IMG/VR virus record: IMGVR_UViG_3300034989_000079
Source: a virus
Strand: one strand, 5' to 3'
Length of the DNA stretch: 50,192 nt
Shown one piece after another: positions 18,152 through 26,870 of the stretch. The notes below the pieces were generated by a model, which was not told the origin of the DNA, did no database searches, and saw nothing but the letters and a program-made list of their open reading frames with translations. Both the position numbers and the translations under genes were made by a program. The stretch's first letter is position 1. Every line of letters begins with the position of its first letter.

Positions 18152-18340
18152 ATGTATATACCAGACCCATTAGAGATTTTAGAGTCAAGAGAAGATAGAA
18201 TGATAGATGAATTTGTTGATGAGTATACTTGTATGGAATGTGGAAAACGGTTTGATTATGAAATGACGTGCGTTGACCCATTGGGTTGTGGACCAATTGT
18301 ATGTGATGAGTGTTTGGGGGTAATTTTTGATGTTAGATAA
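18152..18340 (+). CDS. zinc-ribbon mini-protein (CMECGKRF...CDEC)
   Basis: CxxC pairs; RBS agagagttgagATG. Confidence 0.5.
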   Translation: MYIPDPLEILESREDRMIDEFVDEYTCMECGKRFDYEMTCVDPLGCGPIVCDECLGVIFDVR

Positions 18341-18554
18341 AATACGAAAAAGTGATTTAAAAAAAGGTATGTGGGTTGCTTATATTGCTAATCAAGTAAA
18401 TTATGGTGGGGAAATAGAAGTTGGAAGAGTGAAAAGTTGGAATGATAAGTTTGTTTTTGTAGTATATAAATGTGCTGAAAATTGGGATCGGTATGAAGAT
18501 TATACTGGAGTTGCTACAAAAATAGAGGATTTAGTTATATATGATGGGGATTGA
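18327..18554 (+). CDS. hypothetical protein
   Basis: ORF tiling. Confidence 0.5.
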   Translation: MMLDKIRKSDLKKGMWVAYIANQVNYGGEIEVGRVKSWNDKFVFVVYKCAENWDRYEDYTGVATKIEDLVIYDGD

Positions 18555-18870
18555 TATGATAATTGCAGCACCCAATTTACCGGATAAATATCATTTAGAA
18601 TATGTAAAAAAAGAAATGAAGAAACTTGGTGTACCTAAAATTAGAGCTATATGGTCAAAAACACATAATATATGGTTTGCAGCAGAAGGGTCACATCGTA
18701 TTGCAGCAGCACATAAGGCTGGAATAGTTCCTATTATAATTGATATTACTGGAGAAGATGCAATTGTTCAGAAGAATGAAGAGGATACCCAAATGACTGC
18801 TAGAGAGTTAGAAGATTGGTTGATTTCTGACCCTACTGCACCCAGATATGTTTTTGATGAAAATAATTGA
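18541..18870 (+). CDS. ParB N-terminal (ParB/Srx) nuclease-like domain protein
   Basis: AAEGSHRIAAAHKAGIVPIIIDI matches the ParB-N catalytic box (dG.HR..Aa...G...vP..v). Confidence 0.55.
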   Translation: MMGIDMIIAAPNLPDKYHLEYVKKEMKKLGVPKIRAIWSKTHNIWFAAEGSHRIAAAHKAGIVPIIIDITGEDAIVQKNEEDTQMTARELEDWLISDPTAPRYVFDENN

Positions 18871-19071
18871 ATGGTAATTCGTAATAAAAAATGGAAATAT
18901 ATAGACCCATCTGGTGAATATGAAAAGACAGAATTAGAGATTTTAGCAGAATATTTTGAATGTTGGTCTGCTAAGATGAGAAAGAATGGAAGAGAGGACC
19001 TTATTTCTGAAAAAAGATGTATAGATGATTGGGTTGTTACAAATTGGGCTTGGGAAGTGAAAAATGAATAA
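18871..19071 (+). CDS. hypothetical protein
   Basis: ORF tiling. Confidence 0.45.
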   Translation: MVIRNKKWKYIDPSGEYEKTELEILAEYFECWSAKMRKNGREDLISEKRCIDDWVVTNWAWEVKNE

Positions 19072-19303
19072 AAGAAAAGAAGAAATTTTTGAATCGGTAC
19101 CTAAATGGGCTGATTTGTATGAGGTATCTCATGATACGGTTAAGATGAGAAGTTGTGCTGGTCCTTTTTCACCATTAACTAATTCTCATATGATATTAGG
19201 TCCACCAATTTGTACCTTTAGATGTAAAAAATGTATGTCTATATATGATGAAGGTGATGTAATAGGAGACATAAAATGTCCAAGTTGTGGATATGGAGGA
19301 TAG
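19064..19303 (+). CDS. zinc-ribbon mini-protein (CTFRCKKC...CPSCG)
   Basis: CxxC pairs. Confidence 0.5.
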   Translation: MNKRKEEIFESVPKWADLYEVSHDTVKMRSCAGPFSPLTNSHMILGPPICTFRCKKCMSIYDEGDVIGDIKCPSCGYGG

Positions 19304-19565
19304 TTTGAACGTTAAGGAGGCTAAGAAGGCAAAGAACAAGTGGAAGAAATCTGCACCATCTATGGGGGAGGATGAAGCTAATGATATATTGTTGTCTTCT
19401 ATGAAGTGGTTATCAAGACATGTTGATGGAGATGTTAAGGAAAGCAGAGAGCTTGGTGAAATGCTTCGTGATAAAGGTATATGGTATATGTTTATTGAAG
19501 GAGATGAACAGAGGCCGATATTTAAGACTAGAAGAGGAAAATTTAGAAGAATGGAATGGCCTTAA
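19287..19565 (+). CDS. hypothetical protein
   Basis: ORF tiling. Confidence 0.45.
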   Translation: MDMEDSLNVKEAKKAKNKWKKSAPSMGEDEANDILLSSMKWLSRHVDGDVKESRELGEMLRDKGIWYMFIEGDEQRPIFKTRRGKFRRMEWP

Positions 19566-19571
19566 AGATAG

Positions 19572-19859
19572 GTGTTTAAAATGGATAGTAAATGGTTGAA
19601 AGATTATTCTTTAGGACCAGATTGGTTCAAGGAAGGTGTTGATAAGGCTAGAAAAGAGTTTGATGAAAAAAGGCAAATTATATATGAAAAGTATGTTTTT
19701 AAGGACCCTAATAATGGCAAGATTTTGTTGATTGATGGAAGTGTTCATTTGTTGAAAGGTGCTGAAAAGAAATATACTAATGAAATGTGGGTTGCTCAGA
19801 AGAAATATGATGAAGAAATTAATTTGTTGAAAGATAGATTATTATTTATTTTTCATTGA
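19572..19859 (+). CDS. hypothetical protein
   Basis: ORF tiling. Confidence 0.5.
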   Translation: MFKMDSKWLKDYSLGPDWFKEGVDKARKEFDEKRQIIYEKYVFKDPNNGKILLIDGSVHLLKGAEKKYTNEMWVAQKKYDEEINLLKDRLLFIFH

Positions 19860-19874
19860 TATGGTGAAAATAAG

Positions 19875-20123
19875 ATGAATAAGATAGATTGGCCTAGTGG
19901 TAAGAAGATGCATGTTCAGAATATTGTTCTTGCACCACCTAATGGACGTCACGTTCATTCTGAATTGGTGGAAGAGGCTTACAAAGAATATTGTCAGATG
20001 TTCGGAAATAGTCAAACGTTAGAAAGATTACAAGAGAGGGGTGGATTTGATATAGTTGAATTGGCTACTTTTTTGTATATGAGGATAAAGCGGTTAGAGA
20101 AGAATATTGTAGAAAAAAGTTGA
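19875..20123 (+). CDS. hypothetical protein
   Basis: ORF tiling; its stop codon overlaps the -35 of the next promoter. Confidence 0.5.
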   Translation: MNKIDWPSGKKMHVQNIVLAPPNGRHVHSELVEEAYKEYCQMFGNSQTLERLQERGGFDIVELATFLYMRIKRLEKNIVEKS

Positions 20124-20148
20124 CAAATTTTGTGTTGTATATAATATA
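20120..20148 (+). promoter_or_regulatory. sigma70-type promoter: TTGACA, 16-nt spacer, TAATAT (aaaagTTGACAaatttt...)
   Basis: consensus hexamers upstream of the 20197 gene. Confidence 0.65.
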
Positions 20149-20196
20149 TTTGCATGGATTTCTAGTTAGATTCTAGATGTGGAGTGAAAATGAAAA

Positions 20197-21429
20197 ATGA
20201 AAAGTTTAACTAAAAAGCAAATCGAAAAATTATCAATTTATAGAGATAAGTGGATACGAATAGGTACATCTATATTTGATATTGATGATCGTAAAATAGC
20301 TGAAAAGTATATTGATGATGTATATTCGATTGCTGGATTTGAACCACCAAAATTTAAGATATGGTTATCTTCTCCTTATAGTGGTGTAATTGGAGTTGTG
20401 TTATTAAAACAGATTAGGGCTCAGGTTGGGGATCAGATTTGGGATCAGATTTGGGATCAGATTAGAAATCAGATTGTGGAACAGGTTGGGGAACAGGTCG
20501 GGGAACAGGTCTGGGAACAGGTCGGGCAACAGGTTGTGGAACATGTTGGGAATAAGGTTGGGGATCAGATTAAGGATCAGATTTGGTTTAAGAGTTTAGG
20601 TAAGGTTGTGAATCAGATTAGAAATCATGTTGGGGATCAGATTTGGGAACAGATTAGAAATCAGATTAGAAATCAGATTAGAAATCAGGTTGGGGAACAG
20701 GTTGTGGAACAGGTTGGGGAACATGTTGTGGAACAGGTTGGGAATCAGATTGATGGTCAAAATTTGACATTTAACATTTGGCATCAGGTTGATGTTCAAA
20801 CCTTTCAATGTGGATATGGAATTCATGATGCTAACTTTTTATCATTTTATGATTATTTTGATAGTGAGGTATTATATAATTTGAATGAAATTAGGCCATT
20901 AATAAATTTGTCTAAATATGTTGGTTGGTGGTGGCCTTTTGAAAATGTAGTAATTTTTACGGATAAACCAATATTTGTTTGTTGTGATGACCGAGGTAGG
21001 CTTCATCATGAGAATAGGATGGCATTAGAATATTCTGACGGATTCGGGATATACTCATGGCATGGCATTATGGTTTCAGAACAAATTATTATGAAACCAG
21101 AAACTATAACGTTAGACCAAGTAGTGAAAGAGAATAATCAGGAGATTCGTCGTATTATGTTGGATCGGTATGGATGGGATAGGGTTTTGTGTGATTTGCA
21201 TGCTTGTGTAGAACATGAGGATAATACAGGAAAATTGATATCTACTTATAGGCTTGGAGAATATTTAGCTGGTGAAGATGAGATAGCAAAATTTGTATTA
21301 GTAGTTGACCCTTCTACTAATCGGAAATATTCATTAAGAGTACCACCCGAAACAAAAACAGCTAAAGAGGGAGTGGCATGGACATTTGGGCAAAAAGAAG
21401 ATGAGTATAATCCAATAAAGGAGACATAG
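20197..21429 (+). CDS. tetrapeptide-repeat protein: about 45 tandem xQ[IV]x units (DQIW/EQVG/NQIR) plus a Trp/Cys-rich C-terminal domain of unknown function
   Basis: 12-bp DNA tandem array in frame; C-terminal region GWWWPF...FVCCDDRGRLHHENR. Confidence 0.6.
   Translation: MKSLTKKQIEKLSIYRDKWIRIGTSIFDIDDRKIAEKYIDDVYSIAGFEPPKFKIWLSSPYSGVIGVVLLKQIRAQVGDQIWDQIWDQIRNQIVEQVGEQVGEQVWEQVGQQVVEHVGNKVGDQIKDQIWFKSLGKVVNQIRNHVGDQIWEQIRNQIRNQIRNQVGEQVVEQVGEHVVEQVGNQIDGQNLTFNIWHQVDVQTFQCGYGIHDANFLSFYDYFDSEVLYNLNEIRPLINLSKYVGWWWPFENVVIFTDKPIFVCCDDRGRLHHENRMALEYSDGFGIYSWHGIMVSEQIIMKPETITLDQVVKENNQEIRRIMLDRYGWDRVLCDLHACVEHEDNTGKLISTYRLGEYLAGEDEIAKFVLVVDPSTNRKYSLRVPPETKTAKEGVAWTFGQKEDEYNPIKET
20407..20760 (+). 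repeat. coding tandem array of about 29 x 12-bp units (cag-att/gtt-ngg-gan)
   Basis: seen directly; creates a spurious minus-strand ORF at 20596-20826. Confidence 0.85.
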
Positions 21430-21430
21430 A

Positions 21431-21721
21431 ATGTATAGGCAAGGTGATTTATTGTTTGTGATGGGCATAATCAAGCATGATGCAAAAGAACAAAAAGATG
21501 GTGTTTTGGCATTAGGCGAGGCAACTGGACATCGTCATCGTATTGAGGATCGTTCAAATGCAATGATGATGGTAATTGGTACTATGGCTTATGTGCGTGC
21601 AATACAAGAGGCTAATATAGTACATGAGGAGCATGCTACGATTACATTGCCTCCTGGAGATTGGGAGGTAATTAAACAGCGTGAGTACCATCCAGATGGA
21701 TGGTTTCATGTATTAGATTAG
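21431..21721 (+). CDS. hypothetical protein
   Basis: ORF tiling. Confidence 0.5.
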   Translation: MYRQGDLLFVMGIIKHDAKEQKDGVLALGEATGHRHRIEDRSNAMMMVIGTMAYVRAIQEANIVHEEHATITLPPGDWEVIKQREYHPDGWFHVLD

Positions 21722-22048
21722 ATGATTTCTGATAATAGAAATATATATATTTTAAACATTCTTATTGCTTTTGTATGGTTGTTTAATTTTTTTGATGCTG
21801 TTTTTACGTGGTATTGGTTGAATAATGGTGCAGAAGAGTTGAACTGGATTATGAAGACATTGTTTGATGTTCATCCAATTTTGTTTTTCGTTTGTAAAAT
21901 CGGTTTTGTGACTATTTTTTTGATAATGTTGAAAAGGTGGTTGAAAGAACATTTTCTTGCCAGAGTAGGAATTGTATTGTGTTTTGTTATTTATTCTTTT
22001 GTGATTTTATGGCATTGTTGTGGTGCATATTATATTTTAGGTGATTAG
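21722..22048 (+). CDS. integral membrane protein (about 4 TM helices)
   Basis: hydrophobic segments ILNILIAFVWLF, ILFFVCKIGFVTIFLIML, IVLCFVIYSFVILW. Confidence 0.5.
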   Translation: MISDNRNIYILNILIAFVWLFNFFDAVFTWYWLNNGAEELNWIMKTLFDVHPILFFVCKIGFVTIFLIMLKRWLKEHFLARVGIVLCFVIYSFVILWHCCGAYYILGD

Positions 22049-22050
22049 GA

Positions 22051-22070
22051 TTGCGAACTCGAGTTCGCAA
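22051..22070. repeat. palindrome copy 4: perfect 20-bp palindrome TTGCGAACTCGAGTTCGCAA
   Basis: exact; 12 nt upstream of the ATG at 22082. Confidence 0.9.
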
Positions 22071-22081
22071 AAGAGGATGAA

Positions 22082-22423
22082 ATGTATGAAGATGGATATG
22101 TAGTAAGAGAAAAAATAGGTAAAAAGAGTGATGAGGTTGCTTGGTGTATTCCTATGGATTATGAGATAATTCAGATTGTTCTTTATATTAGGCAGGGTGA
22201 TGACAATATCATATTTGATATTATTGAAGGTAAGCCACGTGTATTTGTTAGAAAGAATAAAAAAGCTACTACGTATCTTCAGCGTATAATTAATTCTTGT
22301 CATACGTTTGACATTATTGCCTTCAAGAAAAAAGGAGATGATTGTTGTGATGTTGTTGCTAAGGAAGGATCTATATCATGGTATAATGATAATCCATCAT
22401 TGAATCGTAGTTATCATAGATAA
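22082..22423 (+). CDS. hypothetical protein
   Basis: RBS aaagagg; ORF tiling. Confidence 0.5.
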   Translation: MYEDGYVVREKIGKKSDEVAWCIPMDYEIIQIVLYIRQGDDNIIFDIIEGKPRVFVRKNKKATTYLQRIINSCHTFDIIAFKKKGDDCCDVVAKEGSISWYNDNPSLNRSYHR

Positions 22424-22457
22424 TAGATTGGAATATATCTGGTTAGGAAAATAATGT

Positions 22458-22712
22458 TTGATGATTGTTTTATATATAAAAGATTGTGTAATGGTAAAAA
22501 AATATAGACAGGTTTTTCTTGGTTATAACGATAGACGATTGGTGGGATGGGTGGATAACAGAATGGCCAAAAAAAGGAATTTGGTGACGATAAATGGGTA
22601 TGATGGTGTATGGGAGATACTTGAAGTATTTGATGATGTAATAGTGGATGATGGGAATTTGGATACTTTATCTTCTGAGTATAGACATCATAGAGAAAGA
22701 ACAGATGTATGA
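22458..22712 (+). CDS. hypothetical protein
   Basis: ORF tiling. Confidence 0.45.
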   Translation: MMIVLYIKDCVMVKKYRQVFLGYNDRRLVGWVDNRMAKKRNLVTINGYDGVWEILEVFDDVIVDDGNLDTLSSEYRHHRERTDV

Positions 22713-22897
22713 TATTTTTAGACCAAAAATATTTTGTAAAAAAGAAAGGTTTAAGAAGTAAAATTTGTCCAGATTGTGGTGGTTTTTTTACTAAAACTGA
22801 AGATGGATATTTATGTAATTTGTGTGGATTTGAGCTTGATAAAAATGGGAGTAGTAAATCATATTTTTATGGTGTGATTACTATTGAGAATAAATAA
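22709..22897 (+). CDS. zinc-ribbon mini-protein (CPDCGG...CNLCG)
   Basis: CxxC pairs. Confidence 0.5.
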   Translation: MIFLDQKYFVKKKGLRSKICPDCGGFFTKTEDGYLCNLCGFELDKNGSSKSYFYGVITIENK

Positions 22898-22920
22898 TAG
22901 ATAGGAATATAAGTGTCAAT

Positions 22921-23247
22921 TTGAAATTTAAATGTCTTGTTACTAGGAAAGAGAAAAAGACTGTTTCTGAAATTTTTTCATTGATTAAAGAACCTTGGTG
23001 TGAGGTTGTAGTTGAAATTAAAAAAATGAATATTAGTGTGGTTTCATATTTTGAGAAAGATGCTGTGGTTTCAAAAATAGATGTTTGGGAAAAGGCAAAT
23101 ACACTAGAAGATTTAATTGATGATATAGAATATTATTCTGGTGAAGTTATGCAATTTACTGGAGATGGTGTTTGGTTGAAGTTTGAATTGTCAGAAGATA
23201 TACTTAGAAGGGTTTTAGAAAAACTTTTGAGGAAAAACTATGGATAG
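22921..23247 (+). CDS. hypothetical protein (TTG start per track; start uncertain)
   Basis: ORF tiling. Confidence 0.4.
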   Translation: MKFKCLVTRKEKKTVSEIFSLIKEPWCEVVVEIKKMNISVVSYFEKDAVVSKIDVWEKANTLEDLIDDIEYYSGEVMQFTGDGVWLKFELSEDILRRVLEKLLRKNYG

Positions 23248-23656
23248 GAAAGAAAGCATAAGAATTCATTGGGATTGGTATGGATATTGTAGGACATGCA
23301 AATTTTGGGATAGTCATGAGGATAGAAAGAAACTAGAAGGTAGATGTGATTATGAAAAATCACCTAATTACAATGAAGAAGTATGGAGTGAAGGACATTG
23401 TAAATGTTGGGAAAGTTTTGACCCTGAAATTGCTAATTTTATTGTGAATGTAGTTCAAAGAAGACCTAGGAGTGCAGGGGTATGGTTCTATGAAAATAAT
23501 TATGATGGTCATATAGATGCAGCTCTTGTGGGCAGGAGATATGGAAGGCATAGTGGGCCACTGCAAGTATTTCATGTGGAAAATGATGATTGGTGTAATT
23601 TTGATGTTTTTGAAAAAGCTGAGGTAGCTAGATGGATGGAGAAAGCAAAACCATAA
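23240..23656 (+). CDS. hypothetical Cys/Trp-rich protein
   Basis: ORF tiling. Confidence 0.5.
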   Translation: MDRKESIRIHWDWYGYCRTCKFWDSHEDRKKLEGRCDYEKSPNYNEEVWSEGHCKCWESFDPEIANFIVNVVQRRPRSAGVWFYENNYDGHIDAALVGRRYGRHSGPLQVFHVENDDWCNFDVFEKAEVARWMEKAKP

Positions 23657-23847
23657 GATTGGAAGCAAAATGTTCGGAGTGTGGAGAATGGTCAGAAATA
23701 TCATGGTTTGAGTTTGAATTTTATGCTGGTTATTGGTGGATAGAATCTGGTCCATGTCCAGTATGTGGAGAATCTGTTAGAGTTGAAGAATTAGAAAGAA
23801 GAAGATTCGGGGGTAATAGGAGTTGGAAAGTTGGAAAAGAATCATAG
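23632..23847 (+). CDS. zinc-ribbon mini-protein (CSECGE...CPVCG)
   Basis: CxxC pairs. Confidence 0.5.
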   Translation: MDGESKTIRLEAKCSECGEWSEISWFEFEFYAGYWWIESGPCPVCGESVRVEELERRRFGGNRSWKVGKES

Positions 23848-24058
23848 AGAATGTCCTCATTGTAGATATGATAAGCAAAGTGTTTACGAGAAAGAGAGAG
23901 AAGGATTTGGGTGGGGTCCTGTGAAATATTATAGTGTAATTTGTGATAGGTGCAAAGCTCAAGGTCCTGAGATGGTTACACCAGATGATGCATGGATAGC
24001 ATGGGATGATAGAGGTGAAGGAAAAATGGGACTTAGATTTCATAGATATGGAAGATAA
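23831..24058 (+). CDS. Lar-family zinc-ribbon protein, paralog 2 (TTG start)
   Basis: MEKNHRECPHCRYDK...YYSVICDRCKAQGPEMVTPDDAWIAWDDR. Confidence 0.5.
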   Translation: MEKNHRECPHCRYDKQSVYEKEREGFGWGPVKYYSVICDRCKAQGPEMVTPDDAWIAWDDRGEGKMGLRFHRYGR

Positions 24059-24254
24059 GCATAAAAAATGTCCTTTTTGTGCTCATGATAAGCAAAGTAT
24101 TTATTATAGAGAAACAGATGGATTTGGATGGTTTTCAGTAAAATATTACAATGTTCGTTGTAATAGTTGTGGTGCAGAAGGTCCCGAAGAACGTACAGAA
24201 GAAGAGGCTTGGAAAGCTTGGGACAAAAGAAAAAGAAAGAGTGATAAAAGTTGA
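24048..24254 (+). CDS. Lar-family zinc-ribbon protein, paralog 3 (tandem duplicate of the previous gene)
   Basis: MEDKHKKCPFCAHDK...YYNVRCNSCGAEGPEERTEEEAWKAWDKR; N-terminus parallels paralog 2. Confidence 0.5.
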   Translation: MEDKHKKCPFCAHDKQSIYYRETDGFGWFSVKYYNVRCNSCGAEGPEERTEEEAWKAWDKRKRKSDKS

Positions 24255-24757
24255 TATTTATTGATGAAAAATGGTTGATGTATCTCTATGGTTGGATTTT
24301 CGTGAGACCACGTAGATGGTTTTTTATGAATATATGTATAAATAATAAATTGCGTCTTTGGCCAAAAAAGGAATATGGTTATTGGTTTTGGCCTAATATG
24401 CATTGGATTGTTTTATATTATACTTTGTGGAAGTTTTTTAAATGGATGTATTATGAGGCTTGGAGGTTTTTTTGTAATTGGGATGGTGGATATAGAAATA
24501 CTTATCCATGGATTGCTAGATTTATTCATTGGATTGGGCGTACAACAGTTGGTGTTCATATATCCACGGTAGAGTGTTGGCATTGTGGATTTGAGGCTGG
24601 AAATCAGGTTGATTTATCATATGATGATAGTGGAACGACATTTATTTTAGGGGATTCTGGTTCTTATGGTACGCAGGATGGAATATGTCATTGGTTTGAA
24701 GGTACAACAATTTGTCCAATATGTGGATATAGAGAACACTATGAGGATAGTGATTGA
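24251..24757 (+). CDS. hypothetical Trp-rich protein with C-terminal Cys cluster
   Basis: ORF tiling. Confidence 0.5.
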   Translation: MIFIDEKWLMYLYGWIFVRPRRWFFMNICINNKLRLWPKKEYGYWFWPNMHWIVLYYTLWKFFKWMYYEAWRFFCNWDGGYRNTYPWIARFIHWIGRTTVGVHISTVECWHCGFEAGNQVDLSYDDSGTTFILGDSGSYGTQDGICHWFEGTTICPICGYREHYEDSD

Positions 24758-24984
24758 GTGGATCAAGTTAGGTATAGTTTATGATTGTTCCGTATATTCC
24801 AAGATTGTACGAAAGAGGACTGAAATTAAAGTGGTCAAAAATAATTTTGATTATTTTAGTAAGTTCTATAATTGCATTTTTAATTGTAATAGCAACATGT
24901 TTGTGTGTAGGGTGATTACAATTAATAACTAAACGAGATATGGTGTCGTAATATTGGTTTGGAGTTTAGAAGGAGTATTTAATA

Positions 24985-25314
24985 ATGATGAATCCAGAAA
25001 CAAATAGATTTGAAGAAGTGCATCCTAAGGTTGAGAGTGCTCTTGAACAATTTTCTGAAAAAATGTCTGATATGTCTGGGTATGTTCGTTATGATGGGTC
25101 TGATGTGCCTAAAGGATATCCTGTTTTTGGGATAGGAGAAGAGTTTCAACTTAAAGGATATCGATTTAAGGTTAAAAGGATAAAAGAAGATGAAATTACT
25201 TTTGAACCAATTGGTCCAGTACCTATATCTAAAATGCGTAGTGTGGTATATACAAAAAAAGGTACTGGGTCTTCAAAGAAGAAAAAGAAAAGTGGTAGTA
25301 GAAAGAAGAGATAA
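24985..25314 (+). CDS. hypothetical protein with K/S-rich basic tail
   Basis: RBS aaggag; ORF. Confidence 0.55.
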   Translation: MMNPETNRFEEVHPKVESALEQFSEKMSDMSGYVRYDGSDVPKGYPVFGIGEEFQLKGYRFKVKRIKEDEITFEPIGPVPISKMRSVVYTKKGTGSSKKKKKSGSRKKR

Positions 25315-25315
25315 A

Positions 25316-25492
25316 ATGTTGTCAGATAAAGCAATTTGTTGGACATGTAATAAGTTTGTATATTCTGGAGAGTTAGATATTGGATATTGTTATTATCATG
25401 ATAGAAATGTGAAACAAGATTCATCTTGTATTCATCATCCAGATTATGTTGAAGGTGATTTTATTGATATAGAAGATGAAGATGAAAGTTGA
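25316..25492 (+). CDS. Cys-rich mini-protein (CWTCNKF...CYYH...C)
   Basis: ATG immediately after the upstream stop; the longer track ORF from 25190 overlaps the upstream gene. Confidence 0.45.
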   Translation: MLSDKAICWTCNKFVYSGELDIGYCYYHDRNVKQDSSCIHHPDYVEGDFIDIEDEDES

Positions 25493-25778
25493 TACAATTG
25501 AAGATTTAAAAAAAATAGTTGGTAAAAAAGTTTATTTAGGTAAGCGTATTGCTTGGAACAACAATGATGATGATTTTGATACTTTTGAATTAGAAGTAGG
25601 AAGTATAATTATTGGACGCAAAAGATATAAAAATGAACTTGGGTTAGTAGAAGTTTTTATAAAGCCTATTTTAAAAGATGATCCTTGGGAAGTAATTGGT
25701 GAAGTTCCTATTGATTTTGTTTGGAATACTCGTGAAGAGGCATTGGATTTTATAGCGGAATATGAAAGACAAGATTAA
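25476..25778 (+). CDS. hypothetical protein
   Basis: ORF tiling. Confidence 0.5.
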   Translation: MKMKVDTIEDLKKIVGKKVYLGKRIAWNNNDDDFDTFELEVGSIIIGRKRYKNELGLVEVFIKPILKDDPWEVIGEVPIDFVWNTREEALDFIAEYERQD

Positions 25779-26023
25779 TGCATGTGAATTTTAATGGTAT
25801 AAGGATAAATTTAGCAAGAGCATATAATGGTTTGTTTGAGCAATCTGAGTCAATAGATAATGAGAGGATTGAAATAAGCAAAGATAGACTTGCTGAGATG
25901 TGTGAAATGGTAGGTGCATTTTTGTGTATTTATAACGAAGGAGATGAATCTTTTCGTGATTTATCAGATGATGTTAAATTGATAGACCCATATACTGGTA
26001 GATGGGAAGAAGATGATGGTTGA
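25778..26023 (+). CDS. hypothetical protein
   Basis: ORF tiling. Confidence 0.45.
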   Translation: MHVNFNGIRINLARAYNGLFEQSESIDNERIEISKDRLAEMCEMVGAFLCIYNEGDESFRDLSDDVKLIDPYTGRWEEDDG

Positions 26024-26309
26024 TAATAATTATTGTATGACATGTGAAAGTGTAAGGAGGGTTGCATCTGAAGATTTAGAAAAAGAAGGATATGTGGGTT
26101 GTAATATTTTGAGTGGTATTAGAGGTGTTATTTGTTATAATAAAGATGATTTGAATAAAATAATAGGTAATGTTGTTGCTATGGGATGGGTTGATTTGGG
26201 TTCTCGTCCTGGCAGTAAAAGTAGTGGTATGATAACAAATGAACAATTGATAATAAAAGGTGTTATTTCTTGTCCATGGTTTGAATTGAATTGGAGGAAT
26301 AGAAAATGA
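26013..26309 (+). CDS. hypothetical Cys-containing protein
   Basis: ORF tiling. Confidence 0.5.
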   Translation: MMVDNNYCMTCESVRRVASEDLEKEGYVGCNILSGIRGVICYNKDDLNKIIGNVVAMGWVDLGSRPGSKSSGMITNEQLIIKGVISCPWFELNWRNRK

Positions 26310-26569
26310 GTTGTTGCAAAGACAAAAGATATATAGTTGTAGAGATAGAAGAAATACATAGAGTTATTGATGTGTGGAAGGAGAGGTTGAAGGGGTCATA
26401 TACTGATGAACCATCAGCATATCAAGCTATTTGTGGATTTTTGCTTGAGGACTTGAAGAAACACAGATGTAAAAAAGGTACTGTGTCAAAGTCAAAGATT
26501 CTTTTGGAATCACAGTGTAAAGATAAAAAAGGGTCTTTAGTTACCATTGATGAGTCTTGTTGTGAATAG
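26306..26569 (+). CDS. hypothetical Cys-rich protein
   Basis: ORF tiling. Confidence 0.5.
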   Translation: MSCCKDKRYIVVEIEEIHRVIDVWKERLKGSYTDEPSAYQAICGFLLEDLKKHRCKKGTVSKSKILLESQCKDKKGSLVTIDESCCE

Positions 26570-26870
26570 ATTTGTAATGATGAAAGATGGTTTTTGGAAA
26601 TGGGATATTGGTGGGTTGAGTTTTTTGATTGGTAGTACAAAAGAAAAAAATACATATTTAGCATTATGGGTAACAACTATTTCGATATTGAATTATAGAA
26701 TGGTTGAAAGAAGAATTGTTGAAGGTAATTATGGATTGGTGTTAAAGAATTTAGAGAAAAAAGCAGCAATTCTTTTGGTTAGAAGTAAAGTTAATGGTGG
26801 AAAAGATTTTATTGAATATATAAACAAAAGACAAGAGGTAATGGATAGTTTGATGTGTGTTAGGTATTGA
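26547..26870 (+). CDS. hypothetical protein
   Basis: ORF tiling. Confidence 0.45.
   Translation: MMSLVVNRFVMMKDGFWKWDIGGLSFLIGSTKEKNTYLALWVTTISILNYRMVERRIVEGNYGLVLKNLEKKAAILLVRSKVNGGKDFIEYINKRQEVMDSLMCVRY

Noticed and set aside
20407-20760. 12-bp tandem array as a CRISPR array or non-coding VNTR
   Set aside because: The units are contiguous with no spacers, remain in frame across about 350 nt, and sit inside a long ORF with a coherent tetrapeptide periodicity.
20596-20826. Minus-strand 76-aa ORF (NLIPNLF...)
   Set aside because: It is the reverse-complement shadow of the 12-bp coding tandem array inside the + strand repeat protein. Low-complexity, with no RBS.
25190-25315. Long version of ORF 25190-25492
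   Set aside because: The N-terminal 42 codons overlap the upstream gene (24985-25314) in another frame. An ATG at 25316, directly after the upstream stop, gives a compact Cys-rich mini-protein.
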